Shown: positions 1 through 11,794 of the stretch, one piece after another
Layout: every line of letters begins with the position of its first letter
Position numbering within the stretch: the stretch's first letter is position 1
Origin: Blastocladiella emersonii ATCC 22665
Lineage: Eukaryota; Fungi; Blastocladiomycota
Length of the DNA: 64,000 nt
Assembly (NCBI GenBank): GCA_025594325.1
Contig: JANHCV010000005.1
Coordinates: 1,054,001 to 1,118,000 of the forward strand
Direction of reading: 5' to 3'
Made by a program: the position numbers and the translations under genes
The notes under the pieces: generated by a model
The model's database searches: none
Told to the model about the DNA's origin: nothing
What the model saw: the letters and a program-made list of their open reading frames with translations, nothing else

Positions 1-3000
1 ATTGGCCGTCGTCTCGGCCATGGCCATCGCGTGCGTTCGCGTCGTGATCCTGCCCCGGCCAGCACTCCTCCACGTCGATCCAGGGCAACGTCGCGCCGCT
101 GTTGCAGCAGCACGGCCCATCCGGGTCTGGCGGCGGTAGCGGTAATACAACAAAGGTATGCTACGGATCGACTACCGCGTCACGGGAAATGACGCGTCGC
201 TCGGTCCTAGTAGACATTCAGCTCGCCATGTACACGGCCTCGGGCGGCGGTGTTCCTGCTCCATGGTTTCCGCAGCCCCTGTGCGTGTCTCGACAACAAC
301 GACTACCTCACGCTCGCCCGCCCGCCGAATGATCTCCTCCTTGCCGACAAGGTCGACCTCGACGTGGGCCGCGTCTCCAGTAGCAAGCAGCTCGGTTCCG
401 GTACGCGTGGCGTGGTCGAGACCGCCACACGACTCGCGCTAGCACGCGACCGCATCTGTGTAGCTCAGTCGACCAATTGACCGACCAATCTCGTCCTGCC
501 CAAGCTCGCACACGTTCGGCGGCGCCTTTGCTACCTCCGGTACGCCAAAGGCACGCTTTCTGGCGTCTGCTGACGTGATGCGCATCGTTACAGACCTCCT
601 ACAACAACATCAAGAAGCCTTTCGGCGGCTCCACCTCCTCGAGTCGGAACGGTACGTGTCCTGTTCTCCCTCGAGGCGCTCTCATCGAAAACGCGTCGCT
701 TTGCGCTCGTCATCCAGCTGTCCAGTTTGTTTCGCGTTACGGCCTCAAGTTCTCGACGGACCGTTTGCACGTCCGGCTCTCGAGTCCGGCCAGCCATGTC
801 GCTCGATGGCGACGACGACGCGAACACGCGCTCGCCGAGGCGATCCGGGTGCCAAGATGCAGGTCAAGCTCGACGCGGATCGCGTAGATCCCGGTACGGC
901 AGCAGCAGTTTGGTGACGGTGCGCGCGTGTTCACAAAAGATCCGCCACTCGGCTCAACACTGACCTGGGTCGGCGGCTTCCGCGTAGCAGCAACGACATC
1001 AAGCTCGCACTTGGGCGTGCTGGCCGCGGCGTCGGCCGGCTGTTCCGCGACCATCAACCGCTCCTCGTGTTTCTCGCCCAGTTCTCGCAGCAAGGTCGTT
1101 TCCTCCAGGCATTTCCTTCAAGCATGGCGGTGGCGGCGGTACGTGTCCATGGCCTCTTCGTGGTCGTCATGCCCTCATCGCTCACTCTTGACGACCGACC
1201 GTGTAGTCGCGGTGCGCGGCTGCTCGCGGAGGCTGTGCGCGCAAGTTCGAGGGACCGAGTCGCTCGACTACTACAACAACACGCTACGACAACGCGTCAA
1301 GTCGGCCACGCTCAAGTTCAACACTCAACAGTCAACAATCGACACTCAGCACTCACGTTCAACGTACGGCATGACGCTCTCGACTGACCGTGCAGCGCGC
1401 AAGTCCAAGACGGCGGGCGGCGTACATTTCCCAGCATGGATGGTACGTGTCGTTTTGCGTCGGTCGCCGCCACGAAAGGTATTACCGACGATCACTCACA
1501 TTTAGCTGTTGCCGCATCTCTCCAGATCCTCACTGTGTCGCGCGATTGAGGCACTGGCTCCCCACGGCGACACGGCACACCACGACCGAGAACCAGCACG
1601 CGCACGCTCAAGGGCAGCGGCAGCATCGGGCGTGGGCCCTCATTGAGAAGCTCGCGCTCATGGAGAAGATCATCACATACACGCTCGTTCGAGGACTCGC
1701 TTGAGGACTCGCTCGCTGATCGAGATCCGGCGCGCGACCATGGCCAAGGGTCGCGGTCGTGGCCATCATGGACTCGCTTGGGCCGTGGGTCGTCTGGGAA
1801 GGAGCAGCAGTGCAAGCAGACCATCGTCGTCGTCCATCCCCGAGACCACGCGCGCCAGGTGCGCAAGTCGGACAATCGGTAGCGTGTATGGTACGCGAAG
1901 AGTCCATCGCCATCCACAGAATAGCGACTGACGCGTCGCTCAGGGCTAGGGCGAGTACGGCACCACGACTTCTGCCCGACCAACACTAACGGCCAAGCTC
2001 ATTCAACACGGTGCTCTCAACAACTGCGACACGGCGTCTGCGACAACACCGCGCGCGCGCGGTGGTCTTTCCCGTCAGTCGACGACCACCAAGCTCCGGC
2101 CAGCCACGACACGACGCGCCGCGCCGCGACGCAAACGACCGGCTCAAGTCGGTGGCGAGCGTCATGCGTCACGCGTCACGCGGCGGGGTCGCAGGTCAAC
2201 GTCAACCTGGGACGTGTCGCGCTGGATCTGTCACTCGTGCAAACATGGCCGATCACTCACGCTACTCGCTCGCTCGTCGCACTGCCCTAGAAACCCATCG
2301 TGTGTGCCTCGACCAATTACTCGTGCGGCAGTCGAACCACTCTCTTTCTCTCGCAAACGCTTCCGCTGCCGTCATGTTCGACGGCCATTGCGTACGCACG
2401 CAACATCGTGATCACGCCTCACGCCAGCGCTGCAAGTCGATCCAGGTCAACCTCATCGCGCTCCGCCGACATTGCCGTGTTCGCGTCCGCCGCCGCCGCC
2501 GCTGCGCCAGTGGGCGGTGGTGCTACCACTCCGAAGGTACGCTACCGACCTCCTGCCGCCGCGTTGTCACGGGAAAATGACGCGTCGCTCGATGCTAGAT
2601 GACTGAGATCCCTTGAGCGGAACACGGACGAGGTCCGTCGGAGCGCGACAGCAGCAGCTACGACCACCCCAACCACACGGTACGGCATGCACTCGGGCGC
2701 GCATGTCGGCCGCAAGCTCATGGGCTACAACTCGGTAATTGTCGGCATCCTCGGCTTCGTGCAGCAGCGGCGGTGGCCCAGCACTGGACGATCAAGACGA
2801 ATACAAACGGAATCAACTGCGAGCTCATCACGATCCACCAGACGACGATCTACGGCATCAACGAGTCGACCAACACTCAGCATCCCACAAGCAGCGAACC
2901 TGGAACGTGTCGCTCTCTTTTTTCCTTCCACCACGCCCGTGCGCGAGTCCGTGATCGCTGACATGTGCTTTCTGCGACTGGTAGATGGAAGCCGCGCTAC

Positions 3001-3822
3001 TTCTCCTCGCTCGCATTGATCCGGCTCGTGTTTGCACGCGCGCCGTGCCGCGTAACGACAATCTACCGCGTCTTTGCTCGCTCGCTCGCGGCCAGCTGCT
3101 CGCCTCGTACACGGACGGCCTCGGCTGCATCCCCACCACCGCTCCGAGTCATCAACGCGCTGACCGGGACGAGGTCAAGCTCAAGAAGAATCGCGGCCGC
3201 GGGCGGATTACACAGCAACTCGATGATGATATCGGTACGCATGGCCGAGACGAGACTATCCGCACGACGGCTCGTACTGACCGAGCCGCGCGACTGCATC
3301 TGCCGTGTAGCTAGCCGACTCGACCGTCTTTGACTTGTTTCTCCGCGCCCGAACTCGCCTCCATCCTCACCGCTGCCGCCGCCACGACCAGCGGTGCTTC
3401 ACGGCGACAACGACTCGTTTCCATGACGGTACGCTCGCGCTCCGTTCCCTTTGCGCGCAGCGCTTGCGCATACCGCGGGCTGACGCGCGAACTTCGTTCC
3501 TCCAAGTAGGCACTGCACGTTCAACAGGAGCTGTCGATCGATCGTATCGCCACCGTCGCTCCACCTCTTCCTCAAGCGTCAAGCGTGTCTGGATCATCTT
3601 CCTCGTCGTCGCCCATCTGCTGCTTTGGTAACCTCAACGCTTCGCATTCGCGTCATCGCCCAACCAACCAGCGCGTGTTCGTGGCCTCGCGCTGTGACCA
3701 TGGCCGTGGAGGGCATCGACTATGGCTGATTACCCGTGACATGATCGAGCCCGGAGCGCGCGACACGAACCGACGACTCTCATCCCCGAGATACACGCGC
3801 GCACGTTCGAGTCCAAATCGTC

Positions 3823-3858
<36 letters not shown>

Positions 3859-4950
3859 CTGGCAGTGGTCGGGCAGGTCGTCGTCCAGCATGGGACGTGT
3901 TTTCCTGGTCGGTTGCGGCAACCCCACCCATTCATCAGCTGATGACCACTCACGCCTTGCTTGCTCGCTGCGCTGCACTAGTAGAGCTGGTGCCCAGTCC
4001 ACCGTGCTTTGGGCTGAAACGGTGGTCAGCAGTCCAACGATGATCATCCGTTTCTCGAGCATTGTATCGACGCTGTGATTAACAAGAATGGCGACGCGCG
4101 CGTCAAGCTCTTCTTCTCCCTCCACGTCGATCTGGTTCCACTTCACTTCTTGCCAGCAAGCTAGCTTGCCGCGCAGCACGGCGACCAAGACTCAGGTGGC
4201 GGGCGACACTACGGTGGGTGGGTACGCGAGAAGCCGTTCACTCTCGCTCGATTACTTGCCACGGATACTGAAGATTCGCCCGAGTCTTGTGAGATTCGAC
4301 GACACGAGGGCGCGACACGCGACGATTGGCCGGCGCGCTTCTTTCTGCGGCTGCGAGCAAGGCCAGCTGCTTTGACTGCAACTCACTCCACTCCAAGCTG
4401 GGCTCAGCGGCGCGTCGCGGCTCGTCGAGGCAAGATCAAGGATCTCGCTCTCCTCCTGGGCGACCTCGACTTTGCCACAAGTTGGTGACACGCTCACGTT
4501 CAACGTACAGCATGACGCTCTCGACCAACCTTGCAGCGCGGATCCAAGACGGCGGGCGGCGTACATCATTGCCCTGCATGAATGGTACGTGTTCATTTGC
4601 GTCGCCACGGAATCGTCGCCACCAATGATTACTCAGAACTCGCTGCTGCTCCTGACTGTCACCAAATCCTCAGCGTGTCCCTCGATTCCAGCGACTGGCG
4701 CTCCACGGCGGCACACGACGACCCGAGAACCAGTACGCGCGCGGTTAAGGGCAGCAGGATCGGGCGCGGGCCAGCTCTCGCACATTATGGAGCTCGTTTG
4801 ACACTCGGGCAAGGACCCGCTCGCTGATCGGGATCCAGCGCGCGGCCACGGCCATGGCCATGGTGACTCGGGCCGCGGGTCATCCAGCAAAAGGCAGCAG
4901 CAGCAGCAGTCCAAGCTGAACCATCGTCGTCCATCGCCGAGACCACTCCA
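1..4950 (+). pseudogene. Degenerate intron-rich paralogue array, units in IR1 left arm (unknown family)
   Basis: Intron-like segments at 401-463, 540-593 (GTACGC..CTGAC..CAG), 894-987 (GTACGG..CACTGAC..TAG) and 1139-1206. Internal paralogy is visible (e.g. ~1350-1460 vs ~4495-4600; 181-203 vs 2567-2592). Exon frames show stops and frameshifts between paralogues. Confidence 0.6.
3823..3858. repeat. (GTCGTG)6 microsatellite (mirror copy 13600-13635)
   Basis: Six exact hexamer units read directly. Confidence 0.9.
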
Positions 4951-5663
4951 CGCTTCCGATTTGGCCCTTGACTATGGATTGCCGCGACTCGGCACACCAC
5001 CGAGAGTTCGCCTGCTACTTTCTATGGCTTCCGAAGCGCTCGCTCAACGATCAAATCGAGTCCGCTTTCGCTAGTCTCATTGCTTCCTCTCGTATTTTTG
5101 CCTGGGCGTACTCGCAAGCTTGGTCGCCGATTCCATGCCTTTCCCGCTCAGTCGGAGTTGGAGCATTGCGCTGCTCATGCTCCACGCTGCGACCCGCGCG
5201 TCCTTGCATTTTTCTCATCAGTGGTGGGCTCTGAGCCAACGCCCAACGACGAGCTTCCAGATTGATTTTTCGCCATCACTTGTCATAAATTCAACAGGCA
5301 CAGGTGCTACGCCCGCGCTCCTCGTCAGCGGATGAACAAGCTGACGCCGCGAACAAGCAAAATGATAGGTAACTCGTCGTAAGACGCAAGAGATCGTTGA
5401 TTTTTTTCTTCAATAATGTTGTGCTCGTCGCTGAATTTAAGACTTGAGATGCCCGAAGCGTGCGACGCGTGACGCGCTGCGCCACGGCGTGACCGCGGCG
5501 AACGCTGAGTGGTCGCGGTCCGCACTGCTCATCATCCTCGTGTCTCGCATGTCTCGCACTGCTCCAGTTCCAGTCAGTCAGTCAATCGGTCTTGTATCTC
5601 TCGCCCTCATGCACCCGCTCGTTGGACGCATGCGCATGCGCATGCGTGTGCCGCCTCCGATCG

Positions 5664-5669
5664 TATAAA
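5664..5669 (+). promoter_or_regulatory. TATA box of Q/A-rich gene copy 1
   Basis: TATAAA ~90 nt upstream of the ATG at 5759 in otherwise GC-rich DNA; conserved in all four copies. Confidence 0.7.
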
Positions 5670-5758
5670 TCCGGGCCGTTCCCCGCTCTCCCCACCTCTA
5701 GCTCAACACGCTTGCATACCTTGCTCACGTATCCGACAAACCAACCTACTATCGAAGA

Positions 5759-6793
5759 ATGGGTCGCACTCAGCTCCACTCTGCCCAGCGCCAGGCCGTG
5801 CATCAGCACCAGGCCCAGGCCGCCAACGCCAAGTCCGCCACCGCGAACAACAACAACAACGCGCCCGCCGCGAAGCAGCAGCAGCAGCAGGCCCGTGCCC
5901 AGTCGCCGCAGCTCAAGCAGGCTGCTCCTGCCGCCGCTCAGCAGCAGCAGAAGCAGGCCCCGCAGCAGGCCCGCGCGCAGTCGGCTCAGCCCAAGCAGGC
6001 CGCCGTTCAGCAGCAGCAGGCTCGCGCTCAGTCGCCCCAGCTCAAGCAGCAGCAGCAGCAGGCCTTGGTCGCCGCCGCTCCCCAGAAGCAACAGCAGGCC
6101 CGTACCCAGTCCGCGGCCGCCGCCGCGCAGGTGTACCGCGCCACGCCCGTCCGCGAGCATCCCGACGACGCGTTCCTCTCGGGCGCGTGGATGTTTGACG
6201 AGGCCCGCATTCCGCAGTGGATGGCGCCACAGCTTCCGAAACAGCAGCAGGCCCGCGCCGCTCAACCCACCGTTGCTGTTCGCGCCCAGTCGCCTCAGCA
6301 GCAGAAGCAGCAGCTCAAGCAGGCCGCTCCCGCTCCCGCTCCCGCTGCCGCCGCCACGCCCGCGAAGCAGCAGCAGGCCGCCCGCGCACAGCCGCAGCAG
6401 CAGGCCCAGCTCCCGCGCAACGCCGCTGCCGTGATCCCCGTTGGCGCTGTCCGCGCCAAGAACGCGTCGGCCGACGACGCCTTCTTCTCGGGCTCGTGGC
6501 TCTTTGACTCGGCCGCCGCGCCGCAGTGGCTCCAGTCGCAGCTGCCCGCGCCCAAGGCGCAGCAGGCGCAGCAGGCGCAGCAGGCGCAGCAGCAGCAGCT
6601 CAAGCAGCAGGCCGCCGCTCCTCGCGCGCAGTCGGCCCAGCTCAAGCAGGCCGCTCCTCAGCAGCAGCAGACCCGCGCTCAATCGCCGCAGCTGAAGCAG
6701 GCGCAGCAGCTTCAGACGCCCCAGCAGCAGGCCCAGAAGCAGCAGGACCAGCGCCGCCCGCAGTCGCCGACTCGCGGCAACAAGCGCGCGTAG
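5759..6793 (+). CDS. Gln/Ala-rich low-complexity (prion-like) protein, copy 1, 344 aa, intronless
   Basis: ATG to TAG, GC3-rich codons, upstream TATA, and reading frame preserved across four copies despite in-frame indels. RAQSPQ repeats and two DDAF[LF]SG[AS]W[ML]FD modules. Confidence 0.8.
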   Translation: MGRTQLHSAQRQAVHQHQAQAANAKSATANNNNNAPAAKQQQQQARAQSPQLKQAAPAAAQQQQKQAPQQARAQSAQPKQAAVQQQQARAQSPQLKQQQQQALVAAAPQKQQQARTQSAAAAAQVYRATPVREHPDDAFLSGAWMFDEARIPQWMAPQLPKQQQARAAQPTVAVRAQSPQQQKQQLKQAAPAPAPAAAATPAKQQQAARAQPQQQAQLPRNAAAVIPVGAVRAKNASADDAFFSGSWLFDSAAAPQWLQSQLPAPKAQQAQQAQQAQQQQLKQQAAAPRAQSAQLKQAAPQQQQTRAQSPQLKQAQQLQTPQQQAQKQQDQRRPQSPTRGNKRA

Positions 6794-7290
6794 CGGCCTC
6801 GACGCATAACTATACCCTTGACGTGCATCGCGAGGAGCGAAACCGGCTCATACGATGTTCGACCAATCAATCAAAAGCATTTTTCATCCTCTCACGTATT
6901 GGAGAATCGGTGGACGCGTCGCGATATCATGTGGCGACCAAGTGGCGCGGCGGAGACAGTTTCGTTCGCGCCGGGAAGCGACCGTCGTCGTTGGCTTCCT
7001 TGGCCGTTCCTCTCACGGCTCACCGCCACTCGCCATGATATCTGATGAACGAGTCGATGCAACGACCATGTAATCACGCGATGAACTTGACTTGCTGCAT
7101 TATGGCCCTCACGCTTCCAAGTGCTTCTCAGTCGGTCGGCCGAACCGCACTGCACTTCACCCGCTTGAACGAAGCTAGCGGGCGGGGCCTCGAGCCAGGC
7201 CGACCCTCTCTCATGGTCGACCCGAATAGAATCGACCCGACGGCGATGACTTGCCGTTGATACACCAGACAGACGTGCGTCTCGAGCGGC

Positions 7291-9689
7291 ATGACGAGGC
7301 TGCCGTAAGGATGGATGAATTCCCCCGCCGTTTACGATCGCATCATGTCGCGGATCCTCTCCGACTTCCGCGGAGGCTACTGCGAGTCATATTTGGACGA
7401 CTTGCTCTCGTACGGTCCGGACTTCGTTTGCGACGAGACGCTCGACGAGCACCGAGTTCGCCAGTCCGTCGCCGACCACATTGACGGCCTTGACCAGGTT
7501 CTCGGCGCGATCGAGGGCGCCGGGCTCACGTTCGCCGTCGAGAAGACGATCCTCGGCTCCGAGTCGGTCCCGATCCTCGGCACCATCGTCGACTACTACG
7601 GCCACCGCCCCGATCTGAAACTCGTGTCCAAGATTGACCAGTGGGAGCTTCCCAAGGCGCTGTCTAACCTGCGCGGCTACCTCGCCCTCGTCGCCCAGGT
7701 GCGCATGTATGTCGCGCACTGCTCGACCATGCTCGAGCCGCTGCTCGCGCTCACGCGCGGCAAGAGCAACGCACCGGGCACGTCGCCGGTAGAGTGGAAC
7801 GACGCGGCGCGCGCCGCGAGCGCGTGGTCCAAGGCGTGGATCAAACAGATTACGGCACTCCAGGCGGTCGATCTCGACCATGGCGCTGAGCTCGTGCTAT
7901 ACACGGACGCCTCGGACGTCGGCGCCGGCGCGGCGCTCATGCGCGTGGACGCGGACGGCTGGGGGCACCCGGTGCGCTTCGAGTCGGCGGTCCTCAACTC
8001 GGCACAGCGCAACTCCAGTTCCCGAAACGCAAACTGCTGGGCCTGCTCACGGCGCTGCACAAACTCCGGCCGTACCTCGATACCCGCCGGTTCCGCGTGC
8101 GCATCAACTCGTCCGGCATCGCGCAGATCATCAACAACGGCTCCGACACTGTCGACGCGGCCATGAACCGGTGGGCGCTCGCCACTCGTGACTACGACAT
8201 GGTCGTCGAGCACGTCTCGCGCTACAAGAACAAGCTCGCCGACGCGCTGTCGCGCATAGAGTCGGCGCTCGACGACAAGAAGACGGCCGTCGAGGCCCCG
8301 GGTTCGATGCCGCAGAGGAAAAGAACCTCGACCGCGTCACCTTGGCTGAGACGGGCGTCACGCAGGGCGTCGCTGCGGCGATCGGTACTCCGTCACCCAC
8401 CGTCGCCTTCGCTATCGGCCCACTCACGCATCAACACGCGTCAAACCTCGAGTACCTGACCACGGGCGCCATGTCGCCCACGCTGCCCATGCACACGGCC
8501 GCCGAGTTCCTCGCCAAGGTCGGCGGCTACGTCGCGTGCGGGCGCCTGTATCGCATCGGCGAACCAGGCAAGCCGCCCCGTCTCGTCGTCGATCCCGCCA
8601 CGCAGTAGCGCATTCTAGCGGCGCTCCACGACGACATGGGCCACCGCGGCGAGGTCGGCACTCTCGGGCTCGCCACGCATCGCTACTACTGGCGCAACAT
8701 GGCGCACTCGATCCGCAAGTACCTGCAGTCGTGCGACTTGTGCCAACGCTGGTCTGCTCGTCGCTTCGTCGACCCGCTCGGCGGTCGCGCGGTTTCCGCT
8801 GGCCCGTTCGACCAGATCGTCATCGACCACGTGCAGTTGGCCTCGAGCAAGGCGTCGACGCAGGTCATCGTCGCGCGCTGCCTCTTCTCGGGCTACGTCA
8901 AGGCCCGCCACGTGCCAACCACCGGGGCGAGTCACGTCATCGACTTCCTCCACTCGCTGTTCCTCACGCACGGCGTTCCACGACGCATCCTCTCGGCTAA
9001 CGGCCACTGCGGCGCGGCCGCTGTCGTCGAGTGGGCCGGCGTACACGGGTGTCGGGTGACGCACACGATCGCTCCAACCCGGGCGCCAACGGCGTTGTCG
9101 AACGCGGGCACCAGTTCCTGATCCACGCGCTCGGCAAGCTGGCCACCCGCGACCCGGCCAACTGGGCTGCACACCTGCTGCCCGCGGTCGTCTTCGCTGA
9201 CCGCTGCATGGTCCGCGCCGCGACGGGCCTCTCGCTGTTCCAGCTCGTCCACGGGCGCGACCCGCGGCTCCCGCTCGACAACTTGCTCCCCGACTGTGCC
9301 GAGATTGACTTTGACGCGCCCGCTGCGAGCCTCGAGCGCCGCCTCGATGAGATCCGCGAGCATCGGTTCCGCGTCGCCGCAGCCGTGTACGACACCGCCG
9401 AGGCGCGCGCGCAGACTGCGAGGCGCAGCTCGTGCACGTCAACCGGCCCGAACCACGTCGCGTCGGCGACCTCGTCCTCGCCCTCGACATCAAGGTCGAC
9501 GGCTCGCTCTCGGACAAGGAAAAGGCCGCGCGCACCGGCCCGTACATCATTATCGACCAGGCCGCGAGCAAGCACGGCGAGCCGCTGACGACATACTCGG
9601 TGCTCAACGTGACGACGCTCGCCCAGGGCGGCGCCTGGGCCGGCAAGGCCAAAGGGCTGCGAGTGTTGTGCATGAAGCGCAGCTCCCAC
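7291..9689 (+). mobile_element. pol: Ty3/Gypsy-type LTR retrotransposon pol remnant (RT-RNaseH-integrase), 5'-truncated and pseudogenised
   Basis: RT motifs TRLP*GWMNSP and YLDD; RNase H motifs LYTDASDVG and NKLADALSR; integrase HHCC (LHDDMGH..CDLC), IDH, ANGVVER and GPY. Stops at 7306 and 8606 plus several frameshifts. RT-RH-INT order is Ty3/Gypsy. Confidence 0.92.
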
Positions 9690-10664
9690 AGGGCGCCAAC
9701 GCCCAGTTCAACCGCGTCCTTCATTGCACTGCGCTCTCGGCATGCATGAGCCAATATGTAATATCTCCATTTGTGCAGTCGACTCGCCCGCTGCTTGGTT
9801 GCCCTCTCCTAAAATGAACGAACACGTGTAATGCGTGTCCTTGACCCCAGATTTCGGCCGGGTCGCGGCCATGGTGTGGCCAAGTACGTTTAAGCATTGA
9901 TTCCGCACTGGCAGCCAGCCCGCCCATACCTCGGGGATCATCGACAACTTTGCATCAAGAGCGGCGACACCGGCTGATGCAACAAGCACATCAGCACGGA
10001 CTGCGCGCTGATCAAAACAGGCCATTAGGTTCTCATCGACCGTGTCGAAACCTTTGCTGCAGTTCGAGTCAAGTAGTTTGGGAACAAGTTCGAGACTCAC
10101 GAGGGACATCGGACAAGATGGATTTGAAACTCGTTCTGGAGCGGCAGCCGCACCGAGCACCAAGTCGGCCGCTCGGGACGCACGTCTGTCTGGTGTATCA
10201 ACGGCAAGTCATCGCCGTCGGGTCGATTCTATTCGGGTCGACCATGAGAGAGGGTCGGCCTGGCTCGAGGCCCCGCCCGCTAGCTTCGTTCAAGCGGGTG
10301 AAGTGCAGTGCGGTTCGGCCGACCGACTGAGAAGCACTTGGAAGCGTGAGGGCCATAATGCAGCAAGTCAAGTTCATCGCGTGATTACATGGTCGTTGCA
10401 TCGACTCGTTCATCAGATATCATGGCGAGTGGCGGTGAGCCGTGAGAGGAACGGCCAAGGAAGCCAACGACGACGGTCGCTTCCCGGCGCGAACGAAACT
10501 GTCTCCGCCGCGCCACTTGGTCGCCACATGATATCGCGACGCGTCCACCGATTCTCCAATACGTGAGAGGATGAAAAATGCTTTTGATTGATTGGTCGAA
10601 CATCGTATGAGCCGGTTTCGCTCCTCGCGATGCACGTCAAGGGTATAGTTATGCGTCGAGGCCG

Positions 10665-11699
10665 CTACGCGCGCTTGTTGCCGCGAGTCGGCGACTGCGG
10701 GCGGCGCTGGTCCTGCTGCTTCTGGGCCTGCTGCTGGGGCGTCTGAAGCTGCTGCGCCTGCTTCAGCTGCGGCGATTGAGCGCGGGTCTGCTGCTGCTGA
10801 GGAGCGGCCTGCTTGAGCTGGGCCGACTGCGCGCGAGGAGCGGCGGCCTGCTGCTTGAGCTGCTGCTGCTGCGCCTGCTGCGCCTGCTGCGCCTGCTGCG
10901 CCTTGGGCGCGGGCAGCTGCGACTGGAGCCACTGCGGCGCGGCGGCCGAGTCAAAGAGCCACGAGCCCGAGAAGAAGGCGTCGTCGGCCGACGCGTTCTT
11001 GGCGCGGACAGCGCCAACGGGGATCACGGCAGCGGCGTTGCGCGGGAGCTGGGCCTGCTGCTGCGGCTGTGCGCGGGCGGCCTGCTGCTGCTTCGCGGGC
11101 GTGGCGGCGGCAGCGGGAGCGGGAGCGGGAGCGGCCTGCTTGAGCTGCTGCTTCTGCTGCTGAGGCGACTGGGCGCGAACAGCAACGGTGGGTTGAGCGG
11201 CGCGGGCCTGCTGCTGTTTCGGAAGCTGTGGCGCCATCCACTGCGGAATGCGGGCCTCGTCAAACATCCACGCGCCCGAGAGGAACGCGTCGTCGGGATG
11301 CTCGCGGACGGGCGTGGCGCGGTACACCTGCGCGGCGGCGGCCGCGGACTGGGTACGGGCCTGCTGTTGCTTCTGGGGAGCGGCGGCGACCAAGGCCTGC
11401 TGCTGCTGCTGCTTGAGCTGGGGCGACTGAGCGCGAGCCTGCTGCTGCTGAACGGCGGCCTGCTTGGGCTGAGCCGACTGCGCGCGGGCCTGCTGCGGGG
11501 CCTGCTTCTGCTGCTGCTGAGCGGCGGCAGGAGCAGCCTGCTTGAGCTGCGGCGACTGGGCACGGGCCTGCTGCTGCTGCTGCTTCGCGGCGGGCGCGTT
11601 GTTGTTGTTGTTCGCGGTGGCGGACTTGGCGTTGGCGGCCTGGGCCTGGTGCTGATGCACGGCCTGGCGCTGGGCAGAGTGGAGCTGAGTGCGACCCAT
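10665..11699 (-). CDS. Gln/Ala-rich low-complexity protein, copy 2, 344 aa
   Basis: Translation identical to copy 1; lies in the IR1 right arm. Confidence 0.8.
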   Translation of the reverse strand: MGRTQLHSAQRQAVHQHQAQAANAKSATANNNNNAPAAKQQQQQARAQSPQLKQAAPAAAQQQQKQAPQQARAQSAQPKQAAVQQQQARAQSPQLKQQQQQALVAAAPQKQQQARTQSAAAAAQVYRATPVREHPDDAFLSGAWMFDEARIPQWMAPQLPKQQQARAAQPTVAVRAQSPQQQKQQLKQAAPAPAPAAAATPAKQQQAARAQPQQQAQLPRNAAAVIPVGAVRAKNASADDAFFSGSWLFDSAAAPQWLQSQLPAPKAQQAQQAQQAQQQQLKQQAAAPRAQSAQLKQAAPQQQQTRAQSPQLKQAQQLQTPQQQAQKQQDQRRPQSPTRGNKRA

Positions 11700-11788
11700 T
11701 CTTCGATAGTAGGTTGTTTTGTCGGATACGTGAGCAAGGTATGCAAGCGTGTTGAGCTAGAGGTGGGGAGAGCGGGGAACGGCCCGGA

Positions 11789-11794
11789 TTTATA
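11789..11794 (-). promoter_or_regulatory. TATA box of Q/A-rich gene copy 2
   Basis: TTTATA on the + strand, mirror of 5664-5669. Confidence 0.7.

Larger units (their letters stand above)
1..7290 (+). repeat. IR1 left arm (open-ended at window start)
   Basis: Base 1 (attggcc) pairs with ggccaat ending at 17457, and every ORF in 1-7260 has a mirror ORF with coordinate sum 17458. One mismatch seen at 5741/11717 and one at 7282/10176; pairing stops after 7290/10168. Confidence 0.97.

Noticed and set aside
385-420. LGSGTRGVV resembling a kinase glycine loop
   Set aside because: The GTACGC inside it is a conserved splice-donor position in paralogous units (intron 401-463), and no other kinase motifs follow.
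3730-4188. HDHDHD-containing ORF as a metal-binding protein (mirror 13270-13728)
   Set aside because: It is the (GTCGTG)6 microsatellite read antisense inside the degenerate array; no coding support.
5582-6682. Long poly-Leu/Gly ORFs antisense to the Q/A genes (also 10776-11876, 25195-26559, 58798-60342)
   Set aside because: Reverse-strand shadows of CAG-rich codons. The TATA, ATG context and conserved modules support the Q/A frame.
7306-8608. Both pol nonsense codons look like C-to-T at CpA (CAA>TAA, CAG>TAG), suggesting RIP
   Set aside because: Only two events; the perfect repeat arms show no transition load; ordinary deamination explains them.
9690-10167. Possible 3' LTR after integrase (TGTAATATC near 9776)
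   Set aside because: No polypurine tract and no second direct copy in the window. The IR1 arms are inverted, so they are not LTRs.
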